NCBI GenBank assembly: GCA_041697335.1
Contig: JBGUGD010000025.1
Span: 131,764-195,763, forward strand
Length of the DNA: 64,000 nucleotides
DNA from: Vampirovibrionaceae bacterium NZW_1234
Lineage (GTDB): Bacteria; Cyanobacteriota; Vampirovibrionia; Vampirovibrionales; JAGQHJ01
Reading direction: 5' to 3'
Below, in pieces: positions 9,649 through 21,367 of this stretch (within the stretch, counting starts at the first letter, position 1; every line of letters begins with the position of its first letter). The notes below the pieces were generated by a model. The model ran no database searches. It saw only the letters and a program-made list of their open reading frames with translations, and had not been told where the DNA came from. The translations under genes and the position numbers were made by a program.

Positions 9649-12600
9649 TTATTGTACGGGCTGAGCCACCTTTTGGGGCAAGTTCAGATAAGACTGAAGA
9701 CTGCGGACATCAAAGCCGCGGGACTTGATACCTGCAATCGCATCGGCCATGGCCTTGGCCCCCGAAATGGTGGTTGCCGATGGAATATTCTGCAAAATAG
9801 CCGCTTTACGGATATACGAGTCATCCGTTAGTGCCTCTTCCCCAATAGGCGTATTAATCACCAGTTGGACTTCTCCATTGAGGATCAGCTCTTCGGAATG
9901 AGGCGAGCCTTCGTGTTTTTTATTGATGGTCTTGACTGGAATGCCGGCATCTTGGAGGTATTTTGCCGTTCCTCCCGTTGCCACGATGGAAAAACCCAGC
10001 GCATGATAGGCCTGGGCCACGGACAGAGCCTCTGGCTTATCGGTATCATTGACACTCATAAAGATCTGGCCGCTCAACGGAAGAGTGTTTCCAGCGCCCA
10101 CTTGGGCTTTGGCAAAAGCCAAATCAAAGGATTCATCAATCCCCATCACTTCACCGGTACTGCGCATTTCCGGACCCAACTTGGGATCAGAGTCTTTAAA
10201 CTTGATAAAGGGGAATACAGGGACTTTAACCGCCACATGCGAGGGAGGCGTATAGTCTTTGGGGACGACATCCTTCAGCGACTCCCCGAGCATAATGCGG
10301 GTCGCCATCTGAATCAAAGGAAGCCCGGTTGCCTTGCAGACAAAGGGCACTGTCCGACTGGCTCTGGGATTCACTTCCAGGACATAGAGCTTGTTATTTT
10401 GGATGGCAAACTGGATGTTGAGCAACCCTTTAATACCAATGGCAATGGCCAACTGTTCGGTAACCCGGGTAATTTCATCCAGAATATCGGATGAGAGGGT
10501 TTGGGGTGGCCATACACAGGCACTGTCACCACTATGAACCCCAGCGTGTTCGATGTGTTCCAGAATGGCACCCATAAAAATCCCGGTCCCATCGGAAACG
10601 GCATCCACATCCACTTCTTTGGCCGACTCCAGAAAACGCTCGATCAGGACGGGAAAATCGGGTTCAACCCGGATAACATTGGAGAGATATTGTTTCAGAC
10701 TGGTTTCACTATAGAAGATCCGCATAGCCTGACCGCCCAGTACATAACTGGGGCGAGCGATTAAGGGAAAGCCGATCTCACGGGCCACTGCCACGGCTTG
10801 TTCTTCCGAAAACGCAATGCCGGATTCCGGTTTATGCAGACCTAAACCGGAGAGAATCTGAACAAACTTATCCCGATCTTCTGCCGCATCAATGCTATCA
10901 ATGGAGGTCCCCAAAATGGCGATATCTTGGTGTTGAAGTGCATAGGCCAGTTTTAACGGGGTTTGGCCGCCCAATTGGGCAATCACCCCGCGGGGATCCG
11001 TATTGCCATCCACAGTATGACGTTCCTGCTCCAGAATGGCCATAACATTCTCCGGCGTCATGGGCTCAAAGTATAAGCGAGAACTAATATCATAATCTGT
11101 GGACACCGTCTCCGGATTCGAGTTTACCATAATAGCCTGATAGCCAAGCGTCTGAAGGGTGAAGGCGGCATGCACACAACAATAATCGAATTCAATCCCC
11201 TGGCCTATCCGGTTGGGGCCACCTCCTAGAATAACGACGGGTTTGGCATCGGTAACTTCAGCAAGAACTTCGTTTTCATCGCCATCATAGGTCGAGTAGA
11301 AATACGGGGTCTCGGCCTGGAACTCCCCTGCACAGGTATCCACGGACTTAAAGACAGGGACAATGCCATGTTGCTTACGATAGCCCTCGACCGTCAGGCC
11401 CGTCTTGTCTTCAAGGTTTAACAGAGTGGTAATTTGGCGATCGCTGAACCCCTGTTCCTTGGCTTTTCGAAGCAGGGATAAGGGCAGTGAATCCAGTGTA
11501 TTATATTGAGCCAAAGCTTTTTCGGTCTGAAGGATCTCCCTGAAGTTTTCCAGAAACCAGGGGTCTATACCGGTCAATTGATAGATCTGCGGCACGGAAA
11601 TCCCATCTTGTAACGCCTGGTAGATCCAGCGAAGGCGATCGGGCGATGTCCGAGCCAGACGCTCCAGGTGGGCTTCCTTGCTGATATGGGCCGGCGGGAA
11701 GTGAAAACCGTCCACGCCGACTTCGAGACCTCGAAGGGCTTTCTGGAAGGATTCTTGGAATGTCCGTCCGATGGCCATCACTTCACCCACGGACTTCATC
11801 TGGGGGGACAAATCGTCTTTGCTGCCCGGAAATTTCTCAAAGGAGAAGCGGGGAATTTTGGTCACGACATAATCGATGGCAGGCTCGAAGGAAGCCGGCG
11901 TACTGCGGGTAATATCATTCTGAATTTCATCCAGGGTAAACCCAACGGCAAGCTTGGCAGAAATTTTGGCAATGGGAACTCCGGTTGCCTTACTCACCAG
12001 GGCCGAACTGCGAGAAACTCGAGGGTTCATCTCAATTACCACGACACGGCCGGTCTTCGGCTGGACGGCAAACTGAATGTTACACCCACCGGCATCCACA
12101 CCCACGGCACGGATAATGGCAATGGAGGCGTCTCTGAGTAAGTGATATTCTTTGTCCGAGAGGGTCTGGGCAGGTGCCACGGTAATGCTGTCTCCGGTAT
12201 GAACACCCATAGGGTCCACGTTTTCAACGCTACAGACAATAACCACGTTGTCCTTGGCGTCTCGCATTACCTCAAATTCATACTCTTTCCAGCCCAAGGC
12301 ACTTTCTTCCAGCAGAATCTGGTTGATGGGGGATTGATCCAACCCATGCGTGACCAGTGGCTCCAGCTCTTCGGGGGTATGGACAATGGCCCCGCCGGAT
12401 CCACCCAGGGTGAAAGCAGGACGGATAATAACAGGGTAGCCAAGTTCGGCAACAACATCCTGGGCTTCCGCCAAACTACTGACCGTCTCGGACCGAAGCA
12501 TTCCCAGGCCCACTTTTTTCACAATGTCTTTAAAGGCATCCCGATCCTCGGCGGCATGAATCGCTTCGAATTTAGCCCCAATCAATTCAACATCGAAGCG

Positions 12601-12927
12601 ATCGAGGACACCGTTTTCGTGAAGGCTAAAAGCAATATTCAAAGCCGTCTGGCCACCCATCGTCGGCAAGATAGCATCCGGACGTTCTTTCTTGATGATC
12701 TGAGCGACGATATCCGGTGTGATAGGCTCAATATACGTTGCATGTGCCAGATTAGGATCCGTCATGATGGTGGCCGGGTTAGAGTTAATGAGAATTACCT
12801 CATACCCTTCTTCCTGTAAGGCCCGGCAGGCTTGGGAACCGGAGTAGTCAAACTCGCATGCCTGACCAATGACAATAGGGCCAGCGCCAATAATCAAAAT
12901 TCGTCGGATATCAGTACGTTTGGGCAT
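9649..12927 (-). CDS. carB: Carbamoyl-phosphate synthase large subunit
   Basis: [28 protein letters not shown], duplicated ATP-grasp, MGS domain. Confidence 0.99.
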   Translation of the reverse strand: MPKRTDIRRILIIGAGPIVIGQACEFDYSGSQACRALQEEGYEVILINSNPATIMTDPNLAHATYIEPITPDIVAQIIKKERPDAILPTMGGQTALNIAFSLHENGVLDRFDVELIGAKFEAIHAAEDRDAFKDIVKKVGLGMLRSETVSSLAEAQDVVAELGYPVIIRPAFTLGGSGGAIVHTPEELEPLVTHGLDQSPINQILLEESALGWKEYEFEVMRDAKDNVVIVCSVENVDPMGVHTGDSITVAPAQTLSDKEYHLLRDASIAIIRAVGVDAGGCNIQFAVQPKTGRVVVIEMNPRVSRSSALVSKATGVPIAKISAKLAVGFTLDEIQNDITRSTPASFEPAIDYVVTKIPRFSFEKFPGSKDDLSPQMKSVGEVMAIGRTFQESFQKALRGLEVGVDGFHFPPAHISKEAHLERLARTSPDRLRWIYQALQDGISVPQIYQLTGIDPWFLENFREILQTEKALAQYNTLDSLPLSLLRKAKEQGFSDRQITTLLNLEDKTGLTVEGYRKQHGIVPVFKSVDTCAGEFQAETPYFYSTYDGDENEVLAEVTDAKPVVILGGGPNRIGQGIEFDYCCVHAAFTLQTLGYQAIMVNSNPETVSTDYDISSRLYFEPMTPENVMAILEQERHTVDGNTDPRGVIAQLGGQTPLKLAYALQHQDIAILGTSIDSIDAAEDRDKFVQILSGLGLHKPESGIAFSEEQAVAVAREIGFPLIARPSYVLGGQAMRIFYSETSLKQYLSNVIRVEPDFPVLIERFLESAKEVDVDAVSDGTGIFMGAILEHIEHAGVHSGDSACVWPPQTLSSDILDEITRVTEQLAIAIGIKGLLNIQFAIQNNKLYVLEVNPRASRTVPFVCKATGLPLIQMATRIMLGESLKDVVPKDYTPPSHVAVKVPVFPFIKFKDSDPKLGPEMRSTGEVMGIDESFDLAFAKAQVGAGNTLPLSGQIFMSVNDTDKPEALSVAQAYHALGFSIVATGGTAKYLQDAGIPVKTINKKHEGSPHSEELILNGEVQLVINTPIGEEALTDDSYIRKAAILQNIPSATTISGAKAMADAIAGIKSRGFDVRSLQSYLNLPQKVAQPVQ

Positions 12928-13154
12928 AGTATCAATAAACTCTCTTAGGTTGATGCAGGTTTTTAGCGGAGGTAGAGGGTTTCTTTCCTGTTGACCATAT
13001 CTGTAGGAAAATAAATTCAGGGTTCTTCAAAAGATTGCCGGAAGGACCATTTCATACTAGTCTATCCCAAACACAGTTGGTTTCGCCAAGACATTCTTCA
13101 GAACAGACCTCGCTACACGCATCCACATTGTCCCACATAGGAGTTTTTTCGACC

Positions 13155-14285
13155 ATGAGTTTCGATGCAAAGAGCCCCGCAAAGCTAATGTTGGAAGACG
13201 GACACGTTTTTCACGGCCAAGCTATAGGTGTTCCTGGGACAACCTTTGGGGAACTCGTCTTTAATACCTCGGCTACGGGCTACCAGGAGGTTCTCACAGA
13301 CCCCAGCTATCGGGGTCAGATTGTGTTGATGACCTATCCTGAAATAGGGAACTATGGCGTCAATCCGGAAGATTACGAATCTTCCCAGATTCACGTGGCA
13401 GGCTTCGTGGTAAAGCGTTTAAGCCCCTATACCAGTTCCTGGCGGGCCCAAATTTCGCTTCAGGAATTCTTATACCGCAATGCCATTGTGGGCATTGAGG
13501 GCATTGATACACGAGCCCTGACACGGATTGTCCGGGACTATGGTGCCATGAAGGCGGGGATTACCACTGGGAATATCTCCGATGAGGATTTCCTGAAGCA
13601 GGTTAAAGCACAGCCTTCGCTTGCCGAGCAGGACTTGGTGGGGATTGTTAGCACCCCGAAAAAGATGACCTATGAGCAAAACCTTCAGGTGCTCCACGAT
13701 ATGCACCTGAATCGGATGGTTTTGGTCGATTATGGCGTCAAGCAAAGCATTGTGGATTATCTGAGAGTCTTCGTCAAAACGCTGGTCATTTTGCCATCGG
13801 ACAGTACCTATGACGATGTAATTGCTCAACAGCCCGATGCAGTGTTACTTTCTAACGGCCCTGGAGACCCAACAGTTATGACTGGGGCTGTTGAGATGGC
13901 CCGTGAGCTTATTCACTCGAATATTCCTACGTTTGGCATCTGTTTGGGACACCAGATTTTGGCGTTGGCTTGTGGTGCAAAAGTCGAGAAAATGAAATTC
14001 GGCCATCATGGCGGAAACCATCCGGTAAAGGATCTGGAAACCGGTCAGATAACCATTACCAGTCAAAACCACGGTTACGCCGTATCCCCGGATTCCGTGC
14101 CCGAGGATGCCATGATCATTACCCACATCAATCTCAACGATCATTCCGTGGAAGGGTTTCGTCACAAAAATAAACCTGTCAGCAGCGTCCAGTTCCACCC
14201 TGAGGCCAGTCCCGGCCCCCACGACACCCGCTACCTCTTCCGCCACTTTATCGCTCAAGCCTTAGCACAGTCTGAATTAGTTTAG
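13155..14285 (+). CDS. carA: Carbamoyl-phosphate synthase small subunit
   Basis: GELVFNTSATGYQE, SNGPGDP, GICLGHQ, QFHPEASPGPHD; likely ATG at 13155. Confidence 0.97.
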   Translation: MSFDAKSPAKLMLEDGHVFHGQAIGVPGTTFGELVFNTSATGYQEVLTDPSYRGQIVLMTYPEIGNYGVNPEDYESSQIHVAGFVVKRLSPYTSSWRAQISLQEFLYRNAIVGIEGIDTRALTRIVRDYGAMKAGITTGNISDEDFLKQVKAQPSLAEQDLVGIVSTPKKMTYEQNLQVLHDMHLNRMVLVDYGVKQSIVDYLRVFVKTLVILPSDSTYDDVIAQQPDAVLLSNGPGDPTVMTGAVEMARELIHSNIPTFGICLGHQILALACGAKVEKMKFGHHGGNHPVKDLETGQITITSQNHGYAVSPDSVPEDAMIITHINLNDHSVEGFRHKNKPVSSVQFHPEASPGPHDTRYLFRHFIAQALAQSELV

Positions 14286-14425
14286 GTATAAGAGATTTAT
14301 GCGAGTTCATGACAGATGGACTGTCGCTAAGCCATAATCCGCAGTGAACTACTGCAACTGCATCATTTGCTCACCAACAAAAAATTATATAATTTTCAAG
14401 GAAATACTAAATAAGTTAGGATTTT

Positions 14426-15388
14426 ATGGGAATTGATATATTTAGCCTGCAATTACTTGAATTAGGCAGGGCCATTGGTATTAATTTCAACTCGGTACTC
14501 CTGATTGGTAGACACCAATTGTTTATGAGTCCCTATGAGCTTAATACCTTCTATCGAATACTCCAAAAGAATCAGATTCCCACCCCTGAATTACAAGGAA
14601 ACTACGGTCCCTACTCCGAGCGTTTTTTAAGTGAAGTATTTGGTGCAAGCATAATTGACTCTGTAGATACAAGCGATTATGAAGGGGCTACAATTGTTCA
14701 AGATATGAATATGCCCTGGAAGCCTGAAAAACAATACAATGTTGTTTTGGACTTCGGAACGCTCGAACATGTCTTTAACTTCCCTGTTGCCGTTAGTAAT
14801 GTCATCCAGGCCTGTAAAGAGGATGGCTATATCATCCATGCGTTACCGGGAAATAATTGGAGTGGGCACGGGTTTTATCAATTCTCCCCAGAGCTGTTCT
14901 TCAGTCTCTACTCAGAAGAAAGAGGGTTTAAAAACACGAGAGTCTTTGCTGCAGAGCTGTTTAATACCGATGACTGGTATGTGTTGACTTCTCCTAAAGA
15001 TCTCAAAGCTCGATTGGAAATCAGTAACCTCGAACAAACCTATGTCTTGGTTATCACACAAAAAACGGAACACGCAGAATTACCAATCGATAGCCCTCCC
15101 TATCAATCAGACTATGTCACGAGCTGGGAACAATCAGAACAGACACTATATATTCCAAAAACAACCCGAATTGGGATCATTCGAAAACAGCTGAAGCGTA
15201 TCTGCCTAATTGGCTGGGTTATCCGGTTAGGACAAATTTTAAATATGAATCGTCGAATTGGAGTCCATGGGTATCGTAAAGAGGCCTTAAAAAAATGGAA
15301 ATATGTATCACTGCTAAAAAGCTATTATTCAACGGTACAGAGATCCACTCGAGATTGTGCAAAAGAAATCTCAGGAATTAACAGTTAG
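14426..15388 (+). CDS. Class I SAM-dependent methyltransferase-like protein
   Basis: SVDTSDYEGA..QDMN, YNVVLDFGTLEHVFN, GHGFYQFSPE. Confidence 0.65.
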   Translation: MGIDIFSLQLLELGRAIGINFNSVLLIGRHQLFMSPYELNTFYRILQKNQIPTPELQGNYGPYSERFLSEVFGASIIDSVDTSDYEGATIVQDMNMPWKPEKQYNVVLDFGTLEHVFNFPVAVSNVIQACKEDGYIIHALPGNNWSGHGFYQFSPELFFSLYSEERGFKNTRVFAAELFNTDDWYVLTSPKDLKARLEISNLEQTYVLVITQKTEHAELPIDSPPYQSDYVTSWEQSEQTLYIPKTTRIGIIRKQLKRICLIGWVIRLGQILNMNRRIGVHGYRKEALKKWKYVSLLKSYYSTVQRSTRDCAKEISGINS

Positions 15389-15894
15389 GCGATCAAAGTA
15401 ACTCATTTTTTTAAATATATATAAGAATCTAAAAAAAAGATTAACGGCCGCAATTTTTTTCATAATAGTGTTTTTATTTTCATAGAGTCCTTAATTATTT
15501 TGTAAGGCTTCTACCCTTATAAGGGCCTCATTATGGCGTGTTAAGCCATTGAGGAAGGTTCGCTTCAGAAGTTAGGAGGTCGTATTGGTAACGCTTTTAG
15601 TTTTATTGAATCAAGTTTGTAGAATTCCGAAGCATCGTGTCATTTTTTGCAGATGCTAGCTGTGGCTTCCCCGAGTTAGATCGCATTAGACAGGACTGAC
15701 AAATCATCGTGGTGCTTTCACCTCATACCCCGATGGTCGAAACGACCTGTCTTGTGTTTGAAATCATCAAAGAAAGGAGGTTCTTCACCCACACATCAAA
15801 AATAATACTGTTACTGCAAAGATGGGCACGATGAATCAATCACGATATGGAGTGAGAGTGTCCATAGTATTGTAAAAGTCGTCAATTGATGCAC

Positions 15895-15930
15895 ATCAGG
15901 TTGCCTCGGCCAAGGCAACCTGATTGTTTT
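15895..15930. terminator. Terminator hairpin
   Basis: ATCAGGTTGCCT-CGGCCA-AGGCAACCTGAT followed by TGTTTT. Confidence 0.75.
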
Positions 15931-15946
15931 GGAGAGAAAAAGAAAG

Positions 15947-16576
15947 TTATCGCTTGATAAAAAGTCCCAGATATTCTTCGCCTTGACGATCGCCCCAGGA
16001 ATTCTGGGCCAAGGACAGTTGAGCCACTTCAAACGCAGGGGAAAACAAGTCGAGAAGTTCTTTCTCACTTGTGCTATAGGGAGGGCCACCTGTCTGGGGG
16101 TGAATCCAAAAAAGTCCAAGGAGCTTTCCACCAGTCTTCAGGAGTGATGAGACGGTTTGGACATAGGCTTGACGCTGAGTGGGGCGGATGGCACAAAAAC
16201 AGGTGTATTCCAGAACATAATCAAACTGATGGGTGTATTTGGGATCCAGTTGAAAAATATCGGCTTGCTCAAAGCTTGCCCACTGTCCATAACGAGCCTT
16301 GGCTGCTTCAATCGCCTGAGGAACAAAATCAAAGCCTATGACATCAAACCCTTTTTGGCCGAAGAAACCGGCATCATGCCCTCGGCCACAGCCCAACACC
16401 GCCATTTTCCCGGGGGGCAAGAATCCCTTGGAATCGGACTCGATGAGATCGACAAAGGGGGGTGCAGGTTGATCGATATCCCATGGGGTCGATTCATTGG
16501 CATAACGTGTCTCCCAAAAGGCAGGTTGATCACTGGTTAGACTTTCAGAATTGGGTTCATTGGTCGCTTGGGTCAT
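15947..16576 (-). CDS. Thiopurine/thiol S-methyltransferase family protein
   Basis: FWETRY...TPWD, VLGCGRGHD, EYTCFCAI, GGPPYS. Confidence 0.88.
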   Translation of the reverse strand: MTQATNEPNSESLTSDQPAFWETRYANESTPWDIDQPAPPFVDLIESDSKGFLPPGKMAVLGCGRGHDAGFFGQKGFDVIGFDFVPQAIEAAKARYGQWASFEQADIFQLDPKYTHQFDYVLEYTCFCAIRPTQRQAYVQTVSSLLKTGGKLLGLFWIHPQTGGPPYSTSEKELLDLFSPAFEVAQLSLAQNSWGDRQGEEYLGLFIKR

Positions 16577-16744
16577 CGTACTTCGGTTAAACCTCCGTTG
16601 CGAAACGTAACAATGAATTGACAATCTCGAATATTTGCGAGACAGTGACGGCTTGATTTGCGCGTATGGAACATGGACTATTTTTTCTTGCTAATGTCAC
16701 CCTAGCGCAAATTGGGAGTCAGGAAAATGGGTGGAGTGTTTGAT

Positions 16745-17542
16745 ATGAACGTTTCAATGTCAAACCGGCAATGGCGCGTGTTTTCGAAACCGGTACAGGA
16801 ACCGCGCAGGAATGATGTGAATTTATCGTTGCGACATGGTCAATCACCTCGGTTTGGAGGGAATGACACGGGTTCGTATGCGCCCAACCTTCATCAGTGT
16901 CTACAGCAATGGGCAATTCGGGCATTAACCTACTTGAAAACCTTGATTGGGGACTTGCTCCAAAAGCTGGTAGCCCCATTGGCCAAAGGGGAAACCCGCG
17001 TGCTACATAAGACGAAATTCCTGGAAATGTGCGAATATCAGAGCCCCAATATCAACCATCCATGGATTTATGTCCGGTCCCCCATCGCCAAAGGGGCTGT
17101 GGTGGTTGTCCCGGTCAAAAACGACAAATTGATTCTCATCGAGCAGAAACGTCCGCCTCTTGAACATCTGGATGGCCAGGACACCAAAGGTGTTATTGAG
17201 CTTCCAGCGGGCCTCATCGGCGATGAGTCCGATCGGCAGGATGAGAATGCAATACAAGCCGCCAAAACGGAGCTGCTTGAAGAAACGGGATATAAGGCCA
17301 AATCGTTTACCTATCTGGGCAAAGGGGCCACATCACCGGGGATGAGCAATGAAGTTGTCCAATATGTGAAAGCCGAGAACCTGAAGCGGGTCTCGAAAAC
17401 GCTGGGGACTGAAAGTGAGGCCATTGTGAAGGTTCATCAGGTCCCACTCAAAGGGATTCAAGAGTGGTTGAAGGAAAAACAGAACGAAGGCTATGTTATT
17501 AACTGCTCTGTTTATTCCGGCCTGGGTTTGCTAAATAAGTAA
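16745..17542 (+). CDS. NUDIX hydrolase (ADP-ribose pyrophosphatase-like) with N-terminal extension
   Basis: ELPAGLIG...AAKTELLEETGY, SPGMSNE; leader ends SPRFGG. Confidence 0.85.
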   Translation: MNVSMSNRQWRVFSKPVQEPRRNDVNLSLRHGQSPRFGGNDTGSYAPNLHQCLQQWAIRALTYLKTLIGDLLQKLVAPLAKGETRVLHKTKFLEMCEYQSPNINHPWIYVRSPIAKGAVVVVPVKNDKLILIEQKRPPLEHLDGQDTKGVIELPAGLIGDESDRQDENAIQAAKTELLEETGYKAKSFTYLGKGATSPGMSNEVVQYVKAENLKRVSKTLGTESEAIVKVHQVPLKGIQEWLKEKQNEGYVINCSVYSGLGLLNK

Positions 17543-17716
17543 TGGCTGGATTCAATGGCAGAGACTGCTTCTGGAAGTTAAGTTTTATAACAAAATCACG
17601 GATGGAAATGCATTTTTAAGCTTCACGGTTTTTATTTCGTTACCCTGTTTGTGTTATAAACAACTACAGTATTTTGACTATCATTTTTGGTGACGATAAA
17701 TAAGGGAAAGGATACT

Positions 17717-19390
17717 ATGGCTGAAGCATCGGGAATGCAATCCCCATCGCTTCTTTCGCGGATGTTTAAGCGAAAGAACCTGGATGACATTATTGCCGCA
17801 TCCGAAAATGCGGAACACAAGTTGAAAAAGACGTTGACCGCATTTGATTTGGTTATTTTCGGTGTCGGGGCAATGATTGGTGCCGGGATTTTCGTTTTGA
17901 CCGGTTCTGCAGCCGCTGGTTCTGAAGGTCACTTGGCTGCGGGTCCGGCACTTACTCTGTCCTTTGTCCTTACAGGTCTGGTCTGTGCGTTTTGCGCCTT
18001 AGCTTATGCCGAGTTTGCTGCCATGGTACCTGTCTCCGGAAGTGCCTATACCTATACATACTCCACACTGGGCCAAATGGCGGCCTGGATTATCGGTTGG
18101 GCTTTGGTGCTTGAATATGCCGTCGGCAATATGGCTGTGGCAGTCGGTTGGACAGGCCATATTAAGGAGTTTCTCGAACAGTTCCTACACCTCTCCTTAC
18201 CCACGGCCTTAACCAGCAATACCATTGATATTGCTTTCGAAGCCAGTAAAATCAACCCGGATAATCTGTTACAGACCATTCCGCTTGAAATTTTTGGTCA
18301 TCCATTCTTTTTAGCCCTCTACAATGCCTTTAACGTTCCTGCCTTTATTATTGTGCTGGCCGTCACGGCACTTCTGTATGTTGGTGTTCAGGAAAGCGCC
18401 CGCACAGCCGCTTTTATGGTTTTTCTTAAAACGGCCGTCGTTTTGCTCTTTATCGGGGTTGGCGGAACCTACCTCTTGAACCAGGTGTTCAATATGCCCT
18501 TTGAAACCTCGGCATTCCACAAGAACTGGTTTGAGAACGGAATGCAAACGTTTGCACCCAATGGCTTACAAGGGATCATTACCGGTGCTTCCACCATCTT
18601 CTTCGCCTATATCGGGTTTGATGCTGTTTCAACGGCTGCCGAAGAAACCAAAAATCCCCAGCGTGATATCCCGATTGGGATTATTGGTTCTTTGGCTATT
18701 TGTACGTTACTGTACATTATCGTTTCTGCCGTCATTACCGGGGTTGTTCCCCTGCACGAAATCAACAAGGAAGCCGCTGTTGCTGCTACCATGAGCTATG
18801 TTGGCTTCGAATGGGCATCTTTGGCGGTCAATATCGGTGCTATTGCCGGTTTAACCTCAGTTCTACTGGTACTTCAAATGGGCGGTGTTCGTATTTTCTA
18901 CGCCATTTCCCGAGATAACCTCTTGCCGGCGTTCCTGGCAAAAGTTCATCCCAAGTTCCAAACACCGCACATCTGTACCATCATTGTCGGTTTGTTTGTG
19001 GCCTTGTTCGGTGCCATGTTGCCGATTACTCTGCTGGCCGAAATGTGTAATATCGGGACCCTGGGTGCCTTCATCGTGGTCTGTGCGGGCGTGATGCTGC
19101 TTCGCTTCACCGACAAAGAACGTCCCCGCCCGTTCAAGTGCCCGATGGGTATCTTGCTTCCCTTGATCGGGATTGCCGGTTGTATTTATATTGCGAGCGG
19201 CCTGCCTTCCGTCACTTGGGCGATGTTCTGGGGCTGGTTTGCCTTAGGCATGGTCATTTACCTGGGCTATGGCTTGCCCAATAGTGCCAAAGCCGAAGCT
19301 CTGGCATTAAAAAAAACACTTAACACCCCCAATTTATCCGTCGTAAAAAACGACAATGATAAATCGGTAGATCTGGAGCCTGTAGGCTAG
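17717..19390 (+). CDS. APC-family amino acid permease
   Basis: GVGAMIGAGIF, YAEFAAMVPVSGSAYTY, FFAYIGFDAVSTAAEE; multiple TM segments. Confidence 0.95.
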   Translation: MAEASGMQSPSLLSRMFKRKNLDDIIAASENAEHKLKKTLTAFDLVIFGVGAMIGAGIFVLTGSAAAGSEGHLAAGPALTLSFVLTGLVCAFCALAYAEFAAMVPVSGSAYTYTYSTLGQMAAWIIGWALVLEYAVGNMAVAVGWTGHIKEFLEQFLHLSLPTALTSNTIDIAFEASKINPDNLLQTIPLEIFGHPFFLALYNAFNVPAFIIVLAVTALLYVGVQESARTAAFMVFLKTAVVLLFIGVGGTYLLNQVFNMPFETSAFHKNWFENGMQTFAPNGLQGIITGASTIFFAYIGFDAVSTAAEETKNPQRDIPIGIIGSLAICTLLYIIVSAVITGVVPLHEINKEAAVAATMSYVGFEWASLAVNIGAIAGLTSVLLVLQMGGVRIFYAISRDNLLPAFLAKVHPKFQTPHICTIIVGLFVALFGAMLPITLLAEMCNIGTLGAFIVVCAGVMLLRFTDKERPRPFKCPMGILLPLIGIAGCIYIASGLPSVTWAMFWGWFALGMVIYLGYGLPNSAKAEALALKKTLNTPNLSVVKNDNDKSVDLEPVG

Positions 19391-19419
19391 ACCTGCTTTC
19401 CAGTCTATCCAAAGTTATG

Positions 19420-19458
19420 ACACGAGAGAGGACAAGGTTCTCTCTCGTGTTCTTTTTG
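19420..19458 (+). terminator. Rho-independent terminator
   Basis: ACACGAGAGAG...CTCTCTCGTGT followed by TCTTTTT. Confidence 0.75.
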
Positions 19459-19526
19459 AAGGGCTTGCAAGCCAAGCCGGTTAATGGCACTCTATGAAAA
19501 TGCATCCAATGTAGCGATGAGGTCTC

Positions 19527-20693
19527 ATGCTCCCTCCAATTCCCAATATCAATGGTCGAAAACCCAAGATTGCCGTTGCCATGAGTGGCGGCGTAGATAG
19601 CAGCATGGTGGCCTACCTTTTGGCAGAAGCAGGGTATGATCTCGTTGGCTTTACCGCCTGGACCCTTAATGGTCCCGGCAAATGCTGTAATGATGCCTTG
19701 ATTAATGCGGGTCGCATGTGCGAACGGCTCGGCTTTCCCTACGATACTGTGGACTTACGAGAAGCCTTCGCCCACTTTGTCATGGACTACTATGAAAACT
19801 CCTATCGGGAAGGGTTAACACCCAACCCGTGTGTTGAATGCAACCGCTACATCAAGTGGGAACGCTTGATCGAGTATGCCCGTCATGATCTCGGCGCAGA
19901 CTACATTGCCACAGGGCACTATGCACGTATTGAGCATGGCGAAGACGGCAGTGTGCGAGTTTTCCGGGGACAAGATAAACGCAAGGACCAGACCTATATG
20001 CTGGCCCGTGTCAAACCGGAAGACCTTCGCCATACCCTGTTCCCACTGGCCTACTACGAAAAACCGCACCTGGTGGAATTGGCTCAGAAGCTGGACATTC
20101 CAACAGCCTATAGTAAAGAAAGTCAGGATGTCTGCTTTGTCCTGAACGGTCAGGCAAACTATATAAGCCAAGTCCTCGGCAAACGCCAAGGTGACATCGT
20201 AGACTATGATACCGGCAAGCATTTGGGACATCACGACGGTCACTATCTCTTTACCCTGGGACAACGCAAAGGGGTCGGGGTTGCCGCAGGGCGCCCGGTG
20301 TATGTCGTGAAAATCGACAAGCAGTCCAATACGGTTTACGTGGGTGACCCGCATCACCTGGAGCAGACCATTTTTCAGGCCCAAGATGTCAGCTGGATCT
20401 GCGAACCTGAGGCTGATGAGTTTAAAGCCATGGTCAAAATCCGCTACAATACACCCGCCGCAATGGCGACTTGCCGAAAATTGACGAATAACGCAGGGGC
20501 CCAACAGGTGGAAGTCATCTTTGATGAACCAGCGATGGCAGTGACTCCGGGACAAATAGCGGCATTTTATGATGTGACGGATACGGAAATCCTGGGTGGG
20601 GGGTATATTGGAGCCCACCTCGTGCATCGGCCCTTTGTGCCTGGCCAACGCGAGCTGCCTTCTTATGATGATGTCTGCGGAATATTCCGATAG
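19527..20693 (+). CDS. mnmA: tRNA 2-thiouridine(34) synthase
   Basis: AMSGGVDSS, TPNPCVECN, ATGHYAR, KDQTY, ESQDVCF, TLGQRKG, TPGQ. Confidence 0.97.
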   Translation: MLPPIPNINGRKPKIAVAMSGGVDSSMVAYLLAEAGYDLVGFTAWTLNGPGKCCNDALINAGRMCERLGFPYDTVDLREAFAHFVMDYYENSYREGLTPNPCVECNRYIKWERLIEYARHDLGADYIATGHYARIEHGEDGSVRVFRGQDKRKDQTYMLARVKPEDLRHTLFPLAYYEKPHLVELAQKLDIPTAYSKESQDVCFVLNGQANYISQVLGKRQGDIVDYDTGKHLGHHDGHYLFTLGQRKGVGVAAGRPVYVVKIDKQSNTVYVGDPHHLEQTIFQAQDVSWICEPEADEFKAMVKIRYNTPAAMATCRKLTNNAGAQQVEVIFDEPAMAVTPGQIAAFYDVTDTEILGGGYIGAHLVHRPFVPGQRELPSYDDVCGIFR

Positions 20694-20723
20694 ATTCATC
20701 ATCCGTTATAAGGACACCCAAAG

Positions 20724-21293
20724 ATGATACAGACACATCGCATTGGAATACCGCCTCGATTCGCCGGGATTTACCGTGTGATTCCGGTGCCCGTTTCCCA
20801 ACCTGCACCCTCATTTCCCTTAAACAGTTCCAGTACTTCTCTAAGGCAACAAGAACGCTGTCGTCTTCGGAGCTCTCTATGGGAATGGGCTGCGTATGCG
20901 GCCAATCAAGCCCAAGGCATCTATCAGCGATGGGTACCCTTTGCATCAGGTTCGACGAATCCGCTGGCCCAGCGAAATCAGGTGATTGCTCGAAACGCGG
21001 CGCAAAAGATCCCGGATACCCAGCATCCTCAAGTCATTGAGGTGAGCTCAGAATACTATCTCGTGACCAATGATGCTCAAGGCGCTCACAACGCTGCGTT
21101 GTGGAAAGAACTGGGCTCTCATATCGATGCGTGTTTCGCGAGCCAGGTAAAAATGAAGCCAGGACAAAGCGAACGCTTACTCGCTTTCCTGAGGCATTAC
21201 CAGAACCAGGGGCAGGTTATGCCACTGAAGGCTCATTATCTGGAGCACCCCAATGGAGAATACCCCGTTATCCACACCGAGTTTCCCGGGTAG
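20724..21293 (+). CDS. Hypothetical protein with RF-type leader
   Basis: MIQTHRIGIPPRFAGIYRV; AAGGA RBS. Confidence 0.65.
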   Translation: MIQTHRIGIPPRFAGIYRVIPVPVSQPAPSFPLNSSSTSLRQQERCRLRSSLWEWAAYAANQAQGIYQRWVPFASGSTNPLAQRNQVIARNAAQKIPDTQHPQVIEVSSEYYLVTNDAQGAHNAALWKELGSHIDACFASQVKMKPGQSERLLAFLRHYQNQGQVMPLKAHYLEHPNGEYPVIHTEFPG

Positions 21294-21367
21294 GCCCGGA
21301 GCAAATTCCCATCAGCCACAGACCAATATGATATACTAGTGGTGTAGAGTAAAGAGGCATCAGGCTT

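Noticed and set aside
15551..15563. GAGGAAGGTTCG resembling the RNase P GAGGAAAGTCC motif
   Set aside because: Mismatched, and no 3' AGAAnnCGGCTTA partner downstream
15688..15758. Hammerhead-like CTGA...stem...GAAA
   Set aside because: The core reads CTGACAA rather than CTGANGA, and stems I and III cannot form properly
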